Positions 10,956 through 22,400 of a stretch of DNA of 32,717 nucleotides are shown here, piece by piece. Where the stretch lies: contig NW_025213390.1 of the NCBI RefSeq assembly GCF_004010195.1, positions 1 through 32,717 of the forward strand, in the 5' to 3' direction. The translations under genes were made by a program, and so were the position numbers. Below the pieces are notes generated by a model that was given only the letters and a program-made list of their open reading frames with translations, was not told the DNA's origin and did not search any database. Each line of letters starts with the position of its first letter. The stretch's first letter is position 1. The stretch comes from Chiloscyllium plagiosum (taxonomy: Eukaryota).

Positions 10956-11156
10956 TTATGTATGACAATACCCAGTTTTTATTGTGTTCTTGAATTAGAT
11001 CGTACTTTACCCTGACAGACTTTAGCGTTTCTTCACATTATTGGATACTACATTAATTTCGAACTGTCAACCCCAAACGTTTCCTTAGTTATAACTGTGA
11101 ATGGATGAATATGCTGATTATCAAATCCCTGAATAATAAAAAAAGGTTTTAATGAT

Positions 11157-11366
11157 TGTAATGAGATCAGCCAGGTGGATCTCATAGAATGAGTTCCCTG
11201 ATTGAACCAGGTTAACAGCCCTAATCAGGGAGCCCTGGCTGCCAGATATAAACAGGAATGTCAGAGGTTCTATTCATCCTGAGACCTGGCTCAGTCTTAA
11301 GGATTGTCCGTGTGTAAATAAAGGGTATCTTAAGGACAGGATACTGACCTCTATGGAGTTATTTCA
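11157..11366 (+). mobile_element. Short solo-LTR-like element (~210 bp)
   Basis: TGTAATGA...TTATTTCA termini, with internal TATAAA then AATAAA. No clean TSD. Confidence 0.5.
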
Positions 11367-12344
11367 TTAACCAGTTTTTAATTAGCTCCAAATAACCAAA
11401 TATTGTGAATAAAACTTATTCTTAAAAGAAGTAGCAACAATTGATTAATATATAAACTATGATTTGGAATTAAAAGTATATCCTCTTTATCGACACACAC
11501 ACACCATATAAAAAACATCTCTGCAGAGATGATGATTTTAAGGCAAAATGGGATAAATAAAATGCTCCTCTGGTCAAAAGTCTGAAAACAAAGGAATAAA
11601 AAAGCAATAACTTCTCACATTCATTGAAATTTCCAGTCAATTAAGTTGTAGGTTGCCCAGCTTGGATTCCCATTCCACTTGAATTCAAATTGCGGAGAAT
11701 TGGTTTCAGTCCAGGACCATAGGTTTTACTAGGTTGACAAAATTACTGTCCAAAACTACGGAGTTCCCAGGGAAGTCTTCTGAGGCCAGGACTTCAGGAG
11801 ACTACAGCTTCCTGGGTATCTTCTTTACTCATTGACTTCAGGTCTGCAAAACAGAATTGTAAGATCAGAGGAGGTTGCTCAGCAATCATTAATATTTTTC
11901 TTGAAGCAATTTTCCCCATAATTACAGTGATAAACCCTCTACTACCTTGAAATTGATGCTTTTCTGCTTCTCCGTAGTCATTTGATTTCAGGTGAAAGGA
12001 GGATGTGACTTGCAGCACACATTGAACTTCTGACTTCAGTAATTAGCAGGTGGTTCACAATTCAGGTACTGCTGAATAAAATTACCAAAGATCCTATGAT
12101 CCATTTCAGTCCAGAAACTGTCCAAATAATTCCACCTCTTCCTACCATTACAATCATTCATTTCTAGTTAACCATTGCACAAAATCTCCAGCTATATCTC
12201 CCTTTTAACCTTCAACTATTGTAATCAAACATGATTACATTTTTAAATAGTCATTCCGATAATATGATCAGTCTTGAGGTGATAAGGTTTTTGATGTTTT
12301 GTGTTCTTCTGAGGAGTTATGGTCTATCAATATATCTTCCAAAT

Positions 12345-12506
12345 AGGATTTGGAGATGCCGGTGCTGGACTGCGTGGTACAAAGTTAAAAATCACACAAC
12401 ACCAGGTTATAGTCCAACAGGTTTATTTGGAAGCACTAGCTTTCGGAGCACTGCTCCTTTATCTAGTGGTTGGTGAAGGAGCAGTGCTGTGAAAGCTAGT
12501 GCTTCC
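12345..12506 (-). mobile_element. Penelope-like terminal fragment with an inverted duplication of the hammerhead segment
   Basis: Reverse-complement match to ~6405-6492; 35-bp inverted arms at 12429-12463 and 12472-12506. Confidence 0.7.
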
Positions 12507-12779
12507 ATTTAGATTCACTACACCATTAGGTTCACTGGTTACAATTCGGCTCATATTTTTCCCAAGCAATTGGAGCGGTTTTAAACTCGAATGGCAATGG
12601 TTTGACAGGGATTTCATCCATTTGCTGTAATCAAAGCTGATAAATACTTAGCTCATGCTGTCTACGAACCCTTTCAATAAATCAGCTTTAGTAAGGGAAT
12701 GGATATAACAGTGCACCACCCCAAATAAAAATGGATTAACAGGTTGTATGATGTGAGGAAGCCTTTGCAATGGTGCTCA

Positions 12780-13460
12780 GTGACAGACTGGAGCTGGGTC
12801 ATGCCTTAAGAGGAAAGGTGGTGGGCAGGGCAAACAGGCATCATTAATCAATCCACAATCACGCTGATTATTCGATGTGCCACTAGTGCAGTCTGGTTAT
12901 CATGGCGGCGGCGGTTGAGAGTTCCACCCAGTTCCAGGAGGTGCTGGAAAGAGCGAAGAGGTAGGTTGGGGCCGCGGAGGTGAAGCTTGGGAGTTTCCCG
13001 GAAAGCGTGCACCCCATTTCCCGGGGAAATGGAAGCGGCAGAGGGACCGTCCCCGATTTGGAAAGGCCGGTGTGCGGGAACGCCGCTTAGGCCCAGGGGC
13101 GCTCCCCTCTCAGTCTTTCCTGTTGTTGTGTTTCCAGACTGGAGGGAAGCCCGGCGGATTCTCAGTGGGAGGGGGATCCAGGCAGGATCGCTGCTGGAGT
13201 GGAGACTGGAGCGGCGAAACCTCAGGCACACGAAGTGGTTGTACCGAGCTCAGCACATTGTTGCTGTCTGGGGCAAGAGGGATTGTGCCATTCGAAAATA
13301 AAAACGAGAGCTAATTCGGTATAATTAACAGTGGCATTGTCTTCTACTTGAAAACAAATGAGCCGTAGAGAATCTGGCAGGCATTTTCAAGCAATAATGT
13401 TTTTTTTCCGCCTTCCCTTTCTTCCGAATGCGTTCGACCGGCTCGGGCAGGTGACTTGTT
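12780..13460. promoter_or_regulatory. CpG-island-like promoter/first-exon region of GLRX3
   Basis: Local rise in GC and CpG around exon 1 and the start of intron 1, against an AT-rich, CpG-poor background. Confidence 0.7.
12902..12960 (+). CDS. GLRX3: GLRX3 coding exon 1 ([20 protein letters not shown])
   Basis: Strong Kozak context ATCATGG in a CpG-rich region. The donor AG|GTAGGT is phase 2 and joins exon 2 in frame. The peptide resembles the GLRX3 N-terminal 'S..QFEELL' segment. Confidence 0.88.
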
Positions 13461-16400
13461 TATGTGGGCGTTATCTCCCGTCAAGGTGTATTTACACAGA
13501 CATTGCGATGAGCAAACAGGGTGTTGCATCATTCAGTCTGTGTCAGGATTTATTCTCTGTAGGAGTAACGGTAGTCCCGATGCTTACCATTCGCAAATAA
13601 CAAGGGAAACAATTACGAGATGCTGTTGAGTTTATATTTAGGAATCTTGAGAGGGCAGGTTAATGGAGGCAAATGTCTACATTTAAACAGTCAAAGAACG
13701 AGTGCAAGTTCAAGACCTGGTATGATAAAATCACTGAAAGCAAGTTGTGGATAATTTGCTAAAACAGTGAACGCCGGCAATGTAATGTTTATTAATGTTT
13801 ATTGTCTCATTTGGTTTTGGATGGTCTTTGCAAACTTAAAATGACCAGCATGTTTTAGAGTGTGTTAGCTCATTCTGTTGCTTGCAGCCTAAGCAATCAT
13901 AAAGTATTAATCCATTTAATTTGTAAACAGAGCATATTAGTACTATTAAAACTGAATTTGATTTATGTACAGATTACATAAACAACTATTATAATAACTG
14001 TGAGAAACAAAAGCTCACTCACTTTAATAATTTCAGTCCGAGACAAATATCTGAATCCGCCATTTATTTATACACCTATAGGTGGGTGCTTTGTCTCATT
14101 ACCAGGTAAGGCAATGACAAAATGCACAGTATATCCCAAAAAACCCTTGCAATTTATACTGTTTTTTCCCATATGTTTTCCTTATTCCATTGTCTGTTCC
14201 CTGCTTCGCTTACATCACAGATTTCCTTAAGACTTATCCCACAACTTCTGTTTATCCTGTCTTGTCCATGACAAACTCTTATCTCTGACTCCCATAAGGG
14301 TGTTTGACGTCAGTCTATTGTAGATTATTGATTAGGCATATCTTTTCTTCTATCAGCATCTATTTCCATCCAGAGGCCACTTTGACCTCTCTAATTAGGG
14401 TTTGTTCCTGTGTCTCTGTGCAAGCGGGGAAAACAGATGTTTTCCCGTTTGCCCACACATCCACCACGTATTCACGTCTCATGCTAACATATCCTTTCTT
14501 TTTGCTGAATATGTATTTTCTCATTCCTGTTCTGTATCAGAATTTATACTTGCAGAAATAACATTAATTCATTTATATCCCACATAACCAACTGGATTTC
14601 TTGTCAATCTGTGGCAAGCAGAGAGTGTGTACTTCAAAATGTGTTGATCAGCCCAGATACTGAACATGGTTATTGTGTCAAAATCATGGGATATAGTGCA
14701 ACTACAAATCTCTTTTATTTTGATGTCAACAAAATGAACATGCGTAGAAGAGGAAGAATATTTACAATGTTATACTTACAATTTAGGAGCATCTGGATGT
14801 AAGTTGTTAAGAGTCCTCAACACTACTTTGCAGATTTTAGGATGATTGAAATTGTTTGCAGGTCACTAGTGGTTAGTGATATCTTTTTGTGACTCTCAGA
14901 TTCAGCCACATTGGGTGGCAATGAAGATGTAGTTGCTGCTGCAGACAATTGGACTTAGCCTTCTCCTCTTTCTCATTAATGTTCATTATTCATTCAGTCT
15001 CAAAAGTGTCTTATAGTATACCTGATTTAGCATCTCTAGGCATCACGTCCTGTGACCTGAGCTTCCCACTAGTTATGGTTGATGTGGTACACAAAAAAGG
15101 ACTTCTTCAGGATGTCCTTGAAATGTTTGCACAGAGATCCACTGTATTGATTACTGCTGGTCAGATCTCCATATAGTGTGATCTTGATCAGTTGACTGTC
15201 ATTGATCTTGACAATGTGACCTGGTCAAGATAGTTGGCTTTGTAGGAGAATGGCACTGCTGGTGATGTTGGATGTTTCCAGAACTTCGGTGTTTGTGATG
15301 CAATCCTACCAGAGGATTTTGAGGATGCTTTGGAGGCAACCCTGATGAAAACGTTCCAGAAGGCATGTGGACCCAAGATTTGGTATCATACAGAAGAGTA
15401 CTGAGGAGCACAGCTTTGAGCACTTTGGATTTAGAGTGTACTGTAAGGCTGTGGTTGCTGCACATGTAATTGTAAAGCCTGCTGCATGTTCAATTTGCTT
15501 TAGGAAACCTGTTGTCCACCTCCTTGTTTCTCATAACATCAAACAGGATAACTTTTCGAAATGAATGAACTGCTTGACAACATTCTGCACAGTTTCCTCA
15601 GTTCCAGTGCTTGGTCAATATTCTTCTTGGGGTGCAGGCTGTTGGTGGACTTTTCTTCAAATGGACTTTAAGTCTGAAGACTTGTATCCCCTTTTGAAGA
15701 GGGTGTTATTGTGCATGCAGGACAGACAATGGACCAGGAGACCACAGTTTATTGACAAAAAGAAGTTAATGACTTAGTTTTTCCAATGTGTTTGTATGAG
15801 TCTTAAGATGAATGGTATGGAAACAATCTGTCAGTTTAGAAGTGTAAGTAAACATCTGCCTTAAGCTTCTCTTTTGCTCAACATTATGATGAATAACATC
15901 AGGGCTAGCGCATACTCCTGCTACATGCCATTTTGATTTGAATGGGATTCAAGAGGTCACTGTTTTTGATTTATCTATACTAATTTTCATGTAACTCCTT
16001 TACTATGTCTAGGAACCTGGATAAGTATTCCAAGTTTATCAAAAACTTCTGCTCACGTATCAGACCTATTGGTGAGATCTACTAAAGGGACATACAGGTC
16101 TTTATCCTGCTCTTGACACTTTTCTTGCACTTGACTGTGTGAGAATACCATGTCTGTGATACCACTAATACTGCACTCGCTCTCTTGGAAGTTTTCCTCA
16201 ACATGAGGTGGCATGGTGGCTCAATGATGAGCACAGCTATCTCATAGCACCAGGTACTTGGGTTAAATTCCACTCTTGGGCTCCCCTCTATGTGGAATTT
16301 GCACATTCTCCATGTCTGCGTGGGCTACTTCTAGGTGCACCACTTTTCCCCCTCAGTTTAAAGATCTGCAGGTTAGGTGGATTGGCCATACTAAATTGCC

Positions 16401-19400
16401 CATAGTGTTCAGGGTCTGCAAGTTAGTTGGATTAACCATGGGGAATGTAGGGTTATAGGCATGGGCTGGGTGTCGTGCTCTTGAGAGAATCGACGTGGAC
16501 CCGTTGGGCTGAATGTTTTGCTTCCACACTGTAGGGATTCTATGAGAAGCATTTTAACCAGGATCTCCTAGTAATAAAAAGGATGGTAATTCTATGGTGT
16601 TGGAGCAATCTGATTTTTGTCCTTTGGTTTTCAAATAAGATGACGATAACATCAGCCAGTTCATGGCAGGCCTTGAAACTCTTTCAGAGCTTAATATGTA
16701 GGGTAGAACTGTCATGTTAGGAGAAAGTGTCGAAAGTGTGTTGCTGGGAAAGCACAGCAGGTCAGGCAGCATCCGAGGAGCAGGAGAATTGATGTTTTGG
16801 GCATGAGCCCTTCAGGAATTGTCATGCTTCAAAGCTTCAGGTGGAATTCCATCATCTCTCTATCTCGGTAATGGTGTGTTCACCGCTTCGTCCAGAGTTG
16901 AACTTTCATCTAATTCTCTGCAATGACAGGTTGTTGTTGGGTGTGGTTGATGGTATTACCATATATTATGCATTTGGCATTGAAGTTGTTTCAACATACT
17001 CTAACTAGATGTCCAGGTCTGACTTGTCAATGTGTAGTATCTTGGTATTGCTGCTACTCATGATTTTTGATTTGACATGCTGATTTATAGTTTCTGATGG
17101 GCTTAGCATGAGCAATTGGTTAATAACTTTTGGTAAGTGTGATCCACTAGTCATTTTTGAAAGATCCTTGGTTTATCTTTGTACGGGTGCTTCATGGTTG
17201 ATGTTGGTTATCTTTTTCTCTTGGCTGGCCAACTGAGTCTTGGAAGCATGATTTCATTGCCAAAAGATGATTGATTCTTTGTCATTCTCATCAAGATGAA
17301 CAGGGACAGGTTTGCTGTGTCTGATGGCCTCATTGGAAGTATCCTGTACTGCTGCTTTGTGTTCCCAGAGTTCCTCTGGAGTGGAATCAGTGTTGAGGGT
17401 GTTTCAGTATGGTCTAAGGCTGTTTGATAACTATCTCTGTACAGTAAAGTTTGCAGGTTATTGACTCAATTCTTTGGGCTGTCTCTAAGTTTGACCCTGA
17501 GACCAAAGACAATGAAAGTTCAGCTTTGTGTATGTGCTGGTGATCTGTATGACAATCGGTGCTGGCTTAATTTTAGTTCCAGAAAAGGATGGTTGAAAGT
17601 TCTAAAGAGCATGAACTATAACATTGATAACATGATGTTAACAAGATGAAGGGCTGAAAGTGAAGTTCTACCTCCCAAATATTTTCTTAACTCCTATTCT
17701 AAAATGAAAGAGAGGTATTAACACTATCCAAACAGTATGTTAATGTGCTGCTATTTCAAACAGTCGGACATTGAGAAATCTCAGCCTTTTAACACTTGTC
17801 ATGGTCTTTGTAACCATGTTACTGATTTCAGCCCCACCTGGCTACTGTCTCCTGCTCAACCAGTTTTAGTTGCAACCCTTTTAGCCTATAACCCTTTGAG
17901 CTAAGCAGCTGACTCCATATCCTGTCAGTCACAAAGACCACCTCTTTGTGTCATTAAACTGTCTCTACCCTCACCCAACTTCTGCTGAAACTTTATCCAT
18001 GGTTTTGTCACCTTCAGGCTCAACGGTTTCAACATTCTCGTCCACTGCCATGCTTGCTTCTAAAATCTAGCTCATCTAAAACTCTTGCCTGTATCCAATC
18101 CCAAACCACATCCTGCTCATTTTAGTCCCCACTGACACATAGTCTGGTGTCTCCATTTTACCCAATCTTTAAGAATTCCAATCCCTGTAGTCTTGTCTTT
18201 CTCTTGCACAAATGAAAGAAAGTGAGGACTGCAGATGCTGGAGGCTGAGTCATAAATTGTGGCCCTGGAAAAGCATAACAGGAAAGGTAGCATCTGAGGA
18301 GCAGGAGAGTCAATGTTTTGGACATAAGCCCTTCATCAGGAAGGGCCTGAAACGTTGACTATCGTCCTCCTTGGATACTGTCTGACCCGCTGTGCTTTTC
18401 CAGTGCCACGTTTTTAAAACCTGCACTAATGATCCTACAGTAGTTTACAGTTCTCTGGTTTAATTATGCACTTTAGGAACTTGACCTTGTCTTGGGAAAA
18501 TGGAAGCTATAGTAAAGTTAATTGCTACCCCTCTGTTCCAAGCTTGTCCCTCAAAATTCTACTGTCCTCATTCCCCTCCACCTTTTTGGGTTCAGTTATC
18601 TACTGGCTAACACAACTTGCCTTGAATCATCTTTTTCATGTTTTCCCACACCTGGAATGAGGTAGATTTAAAAAAAAATGCTTATGTCTGTTTCCTTAGT
18701 TTTTTCCTGGATCAAGTCACCCATCACCTTTTTCTTCAGAGGCTGTAGTTTGAGGGATGCCACTGAAATTCAAGTGTGGCTGACTGGGATACTTTCCCAC
18801 TCTTATTACGTGGTCACAGGCATTTTGGAAGAATTGATAGATCGATAGTAAACCTTTTGTTCTTATGTACATGCCTTCCGTGGCCCTCAGATCTTGGAGT
18901 AGGATTTGAACTCTTGACTTTCTCAGGCAGGCAGTCACTCAGTCACTGCACCACAAAACCACTTCCTTTGAATACTGCAGATAATCATTAAAAACATAAA
19001 TACATAAGGCCATAAGACATAGCAGTGGAAGCAAGGCCATTCGGTCCATCGAGTCCACTCCGCCATTAATCGTGGCTGTTGGGCGTTTCAATTCCACTTA
19101 CCCGCACTCTCCCCATAGCCCTTAATTCCTTGCGGGAATCAAGAATTTATCAATCTCTGCCTTGAAAACATCCCGGCCTCCACTGTGCTCCATGGCAATG
19201 AATTCCACAGGCCAACCGCACTCTGGCTGAAGACATGTTTCCTCATTTCCGTTCTAAATTGACCCTTTCTAATTTTAAGGCTATGCCCAGGGGTCCTAGT
19301 CTCCCCGCCTAGTGGAAACAACTTGCCACCGTCCACCCTTTCTAAGCCATAAAAATATATGTAAAAGCTTTTATGGTATGTTCATCATCTTTTTGAGTAG

Positions 19401-22400
19401 GCTGGAATAAAAAGGGGTGCTGTAGTTGTGTGTAGCTTATATACTATACCTTAAGTGATAGACTGCCCATTGCTGAATGAATCTCAGAGAATATTAATTG
19501 GCTTTAATAGGATCCTGTGGTTGTTGCAGATTCATCAGAACATTAGTTAGGCTAAAAAAAATTACATTGAGGTTGGGGTTCACAGATCACTTGTATTTCC
19601 TTAACAATTGATTGAAGACAATTGACATAAGATTAATTGCTGATGTTTGAAAATGATTCCAAGATTTGTAAAGGTAGATAACGAGAAACCATTTTCTTAC
19701 TGGATGAGTCCAGAACATGGGAGATTAACCTTAACATTAGAGTCTGCTATTCAGGTGAGGTGTCAAGCTGAACGTCTGGCACAAACGGTAATATAAAAGT
19801 ACAGAACTTTCTGTATGTCTCCCAGAAGTCTGAGATTGACATATTTAATATTGACTTTAAGAGATACAGAACAATTTGGATAAAGCTAGTTAAGATGCAG
19901 GTCAGTCACGATCTAAGTAAATTGTGGAACGACTGAGGACAGTGAATGAACCTACTGCTGTGCTTGTGGTCGTGGCTTTCTCTGTGCTGAGATAAAGCAG
20001 GTCAATGAGTGTAGGATGATAAGTGACCAGGAATGCAATATAAGCAATGTATAGTCATGAAGATGAATCCAAAGATACAGTCATCAACACAGTACGTTTA
20101 CCTTGGCTATTAATCCTGACCATATTACATAACTGTAATTACTAAGTTAGCTCGCTGAACTTGAAGGTGTGTTTTTCAGATGTTTCGTCAGCATACCAGT
20201 GAATATCAAATAGAGAGATAGGACATACCACCAGTGCTTCACTAGAGACTCTCGCTGATGATGATGATACCGAGTATGGTGATGAAACGTCTGAAAACAA
20301 ACCTTCAAGTTCAGCGAGCTAACTTAGACACTTAACATCAACCTGAGCTACAAATCTTCTCAAAAATCACTAACTATAATTACTGGCTATGTTGAGGTTT
20401 ATTGTATCATTGGATTTTATTAAGTCAAAATGTTAGGGTAAAGCCTGTCATTAAGGTTGGATAAAATGTTCAGGATTGTGCTATAAATTTGGTAGAAAAC
20501 TGGTTCATTCACTATAAGGTCACACTTCAGTCTCTTCAGTATGCAAATTTGTATAGTTTCAAAGTATTGTAAATGAATAAAGACTTGCCTTTTTTAAAAA
20601 CTGTAACTTAAGTTTAATTTTTAAAATTCTCTCTTTAGGTCATTAGTCGTGGTTCATTTTTGGGCATCATGGGCTCAACAGTGTTTGCATATGAATGAAG
20701 TCATCACCGAACTGTCCAAAGAATATCCACATGTTATATTTGTAAAGGTAATGTTTGCAATTAATCTGCCAAATTTTCTGCAATGTAAGTATCAAAAAGT
20801 GCATACTTTGAGTAACAGGGCCTTTATTTAAAAAAAAAATAAATTTAATCACTTTCTAATAATTCTGATGAGATAAACAGAATCTTTTGGTATAAAGCAT
20901 TAATCTCTAACTTATGGAACACTTAAGAAAAAGTATGTATAACTTATGTTCATGAAATCATTGAAACTTACATTACAGAGCGAGGCCAGTTCCCCATCTA
21001 TTCTGTGATAGCCTAATCCTGCTTTCTAGCTCTTGATGCCAACTTTTGTAGATTATGCTATGTATATCTAAATATGTTTCAAATGTAATGATTATTTTTG
21101 CCTCTTCAATTGACAGACATTGTGTTCTAGATCTCTCATGATCTGGCTTACAAATATTCTCACATCTCTTCTAAACTACCTGTAAAATATTTCAATATTT
21201 ATTCCTGGGTATCAGTTCCTCCTCTACTAAAGGATATAGGCCATTTATACCACCTCTGTTGCAAAGAAAATAACCAATATTATCCAATCATAGCTCCCTC
21301 CCTCTGTCCCTCCAAAGATTGGCTAGTTATAACTCTTTGAACATATAAATCAGCAAGAAATGTTTTTAACCCAGACTGCGTGCTGGGAATTTGGAATTCA
21401 CTCCTGTAACAATGAAACCCACCACATTTAAGAAACTGTAGAAATGCATGTCAGATGACAAGGCATGCAAAGCTATGCACCAAGTGCTTGCAAAATGGAA
21501 TTAGAATCCTTCGGTTCTTTTTGACTTGTGCAGACTCAATGGGCCGAAAGGCCTTTTTCTGTGTTGCAGATCTCTACGTGACTCTATAATTCTAAAGAAT
21601 TCTTTAAATACTAAACTCATCTGAGTGCAGAGATGACTAAGGTTAAGCAGTTAGGACAGCTAAAACTAGTGAAATACCAATGGCATGTGAGTGAGTTGGA
21701 ATCAGAATATTTACATGCAAATGTGCAAAGTTTTTTGTTTAAAACCTATGAAAAGCCAGGGAAATAGTGGCATTAGAATGAAGAGCTATAATGTTTCAGT
21801 CCAAGCTCCAAAATGGGTCCCTCCTCCCCCCCGAACATAATATTTTCAGGAGACTGAGAAAGGAAAAAAAGGAAGAAATGTTTATCTTGTTATTAAGGTC
21901 CTGAATGCAATCATAGAAAGAAGGGTTTATATGGATAGTGGTGGACCACAGAAAATTGTGGCTGGCTTATGTTGTAATCGTAGAGAAATTTGCAGTTCTA
22001 ATAGCATAGGACTTTATCGTGTGATGAGCTCATTCAAATTCACTTTTGAAGTTTCTCAATCACTTTATGTAGCTGGAATGGCTCAATGTATTTAGCTGGC
22101 TTGAATCAGCTTTGAGATCTTGCCTGATCCATGCTGTATACATATGGAATTGTGATGGTGTGCCGAGAATGCTTATGACTGCCTGTTTATTTTCTGTACT
22201 TTATGGTATTAAAGAAACCCTCAGCAGTTGGTCAATCTTATTTGGCTGTACATAAAATGCAGTGAATTTACCTACACCACCTATTGTAACAATTGCAGGA
22301 TAAATTGAGTGAATCTAGCAATTTGTGGGTCAGCATCAGATTGTTGCTGAAACTTAGCTGGTTCACAGAAATTCTTTGGTGAAGAGAAATTCTACCCTTT

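Larger units (their letters stand above)
14930..17470 (-). mobile_element. Decayed RTE-like LINE, interrupted by a SINE and a Penelope-type fragment
   Basis: Minus-strand remnants [47 protein letters not shown] and LDENDKE, which resemble RTE-clade ORF motifs. Boundaries are approximate. Confidence 0.6.

Noticed and set aside
11367..12340. Possible further LTR-like repeat
   Set aside because: No termini, TSD or motif could be supported by eye.
12848..13314. ORFs of 127, 104 and 80 aa near GLRX3 exon 1
   Set aside because: These are chance ORFs in a GC-rich island; the real exon ends at the 12960 donor.
16206..16280. tRNA gene
   Set aside because: The A/B boxes belong to SINE heads that continue into the SINE body, and there is no intact cloverleaf.
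20865..20885. CTGATGAGAT...ATC, similar to 227-246
   Set aside because: No GAAA, stem III or stem I follows, so it is not a hammerhead.
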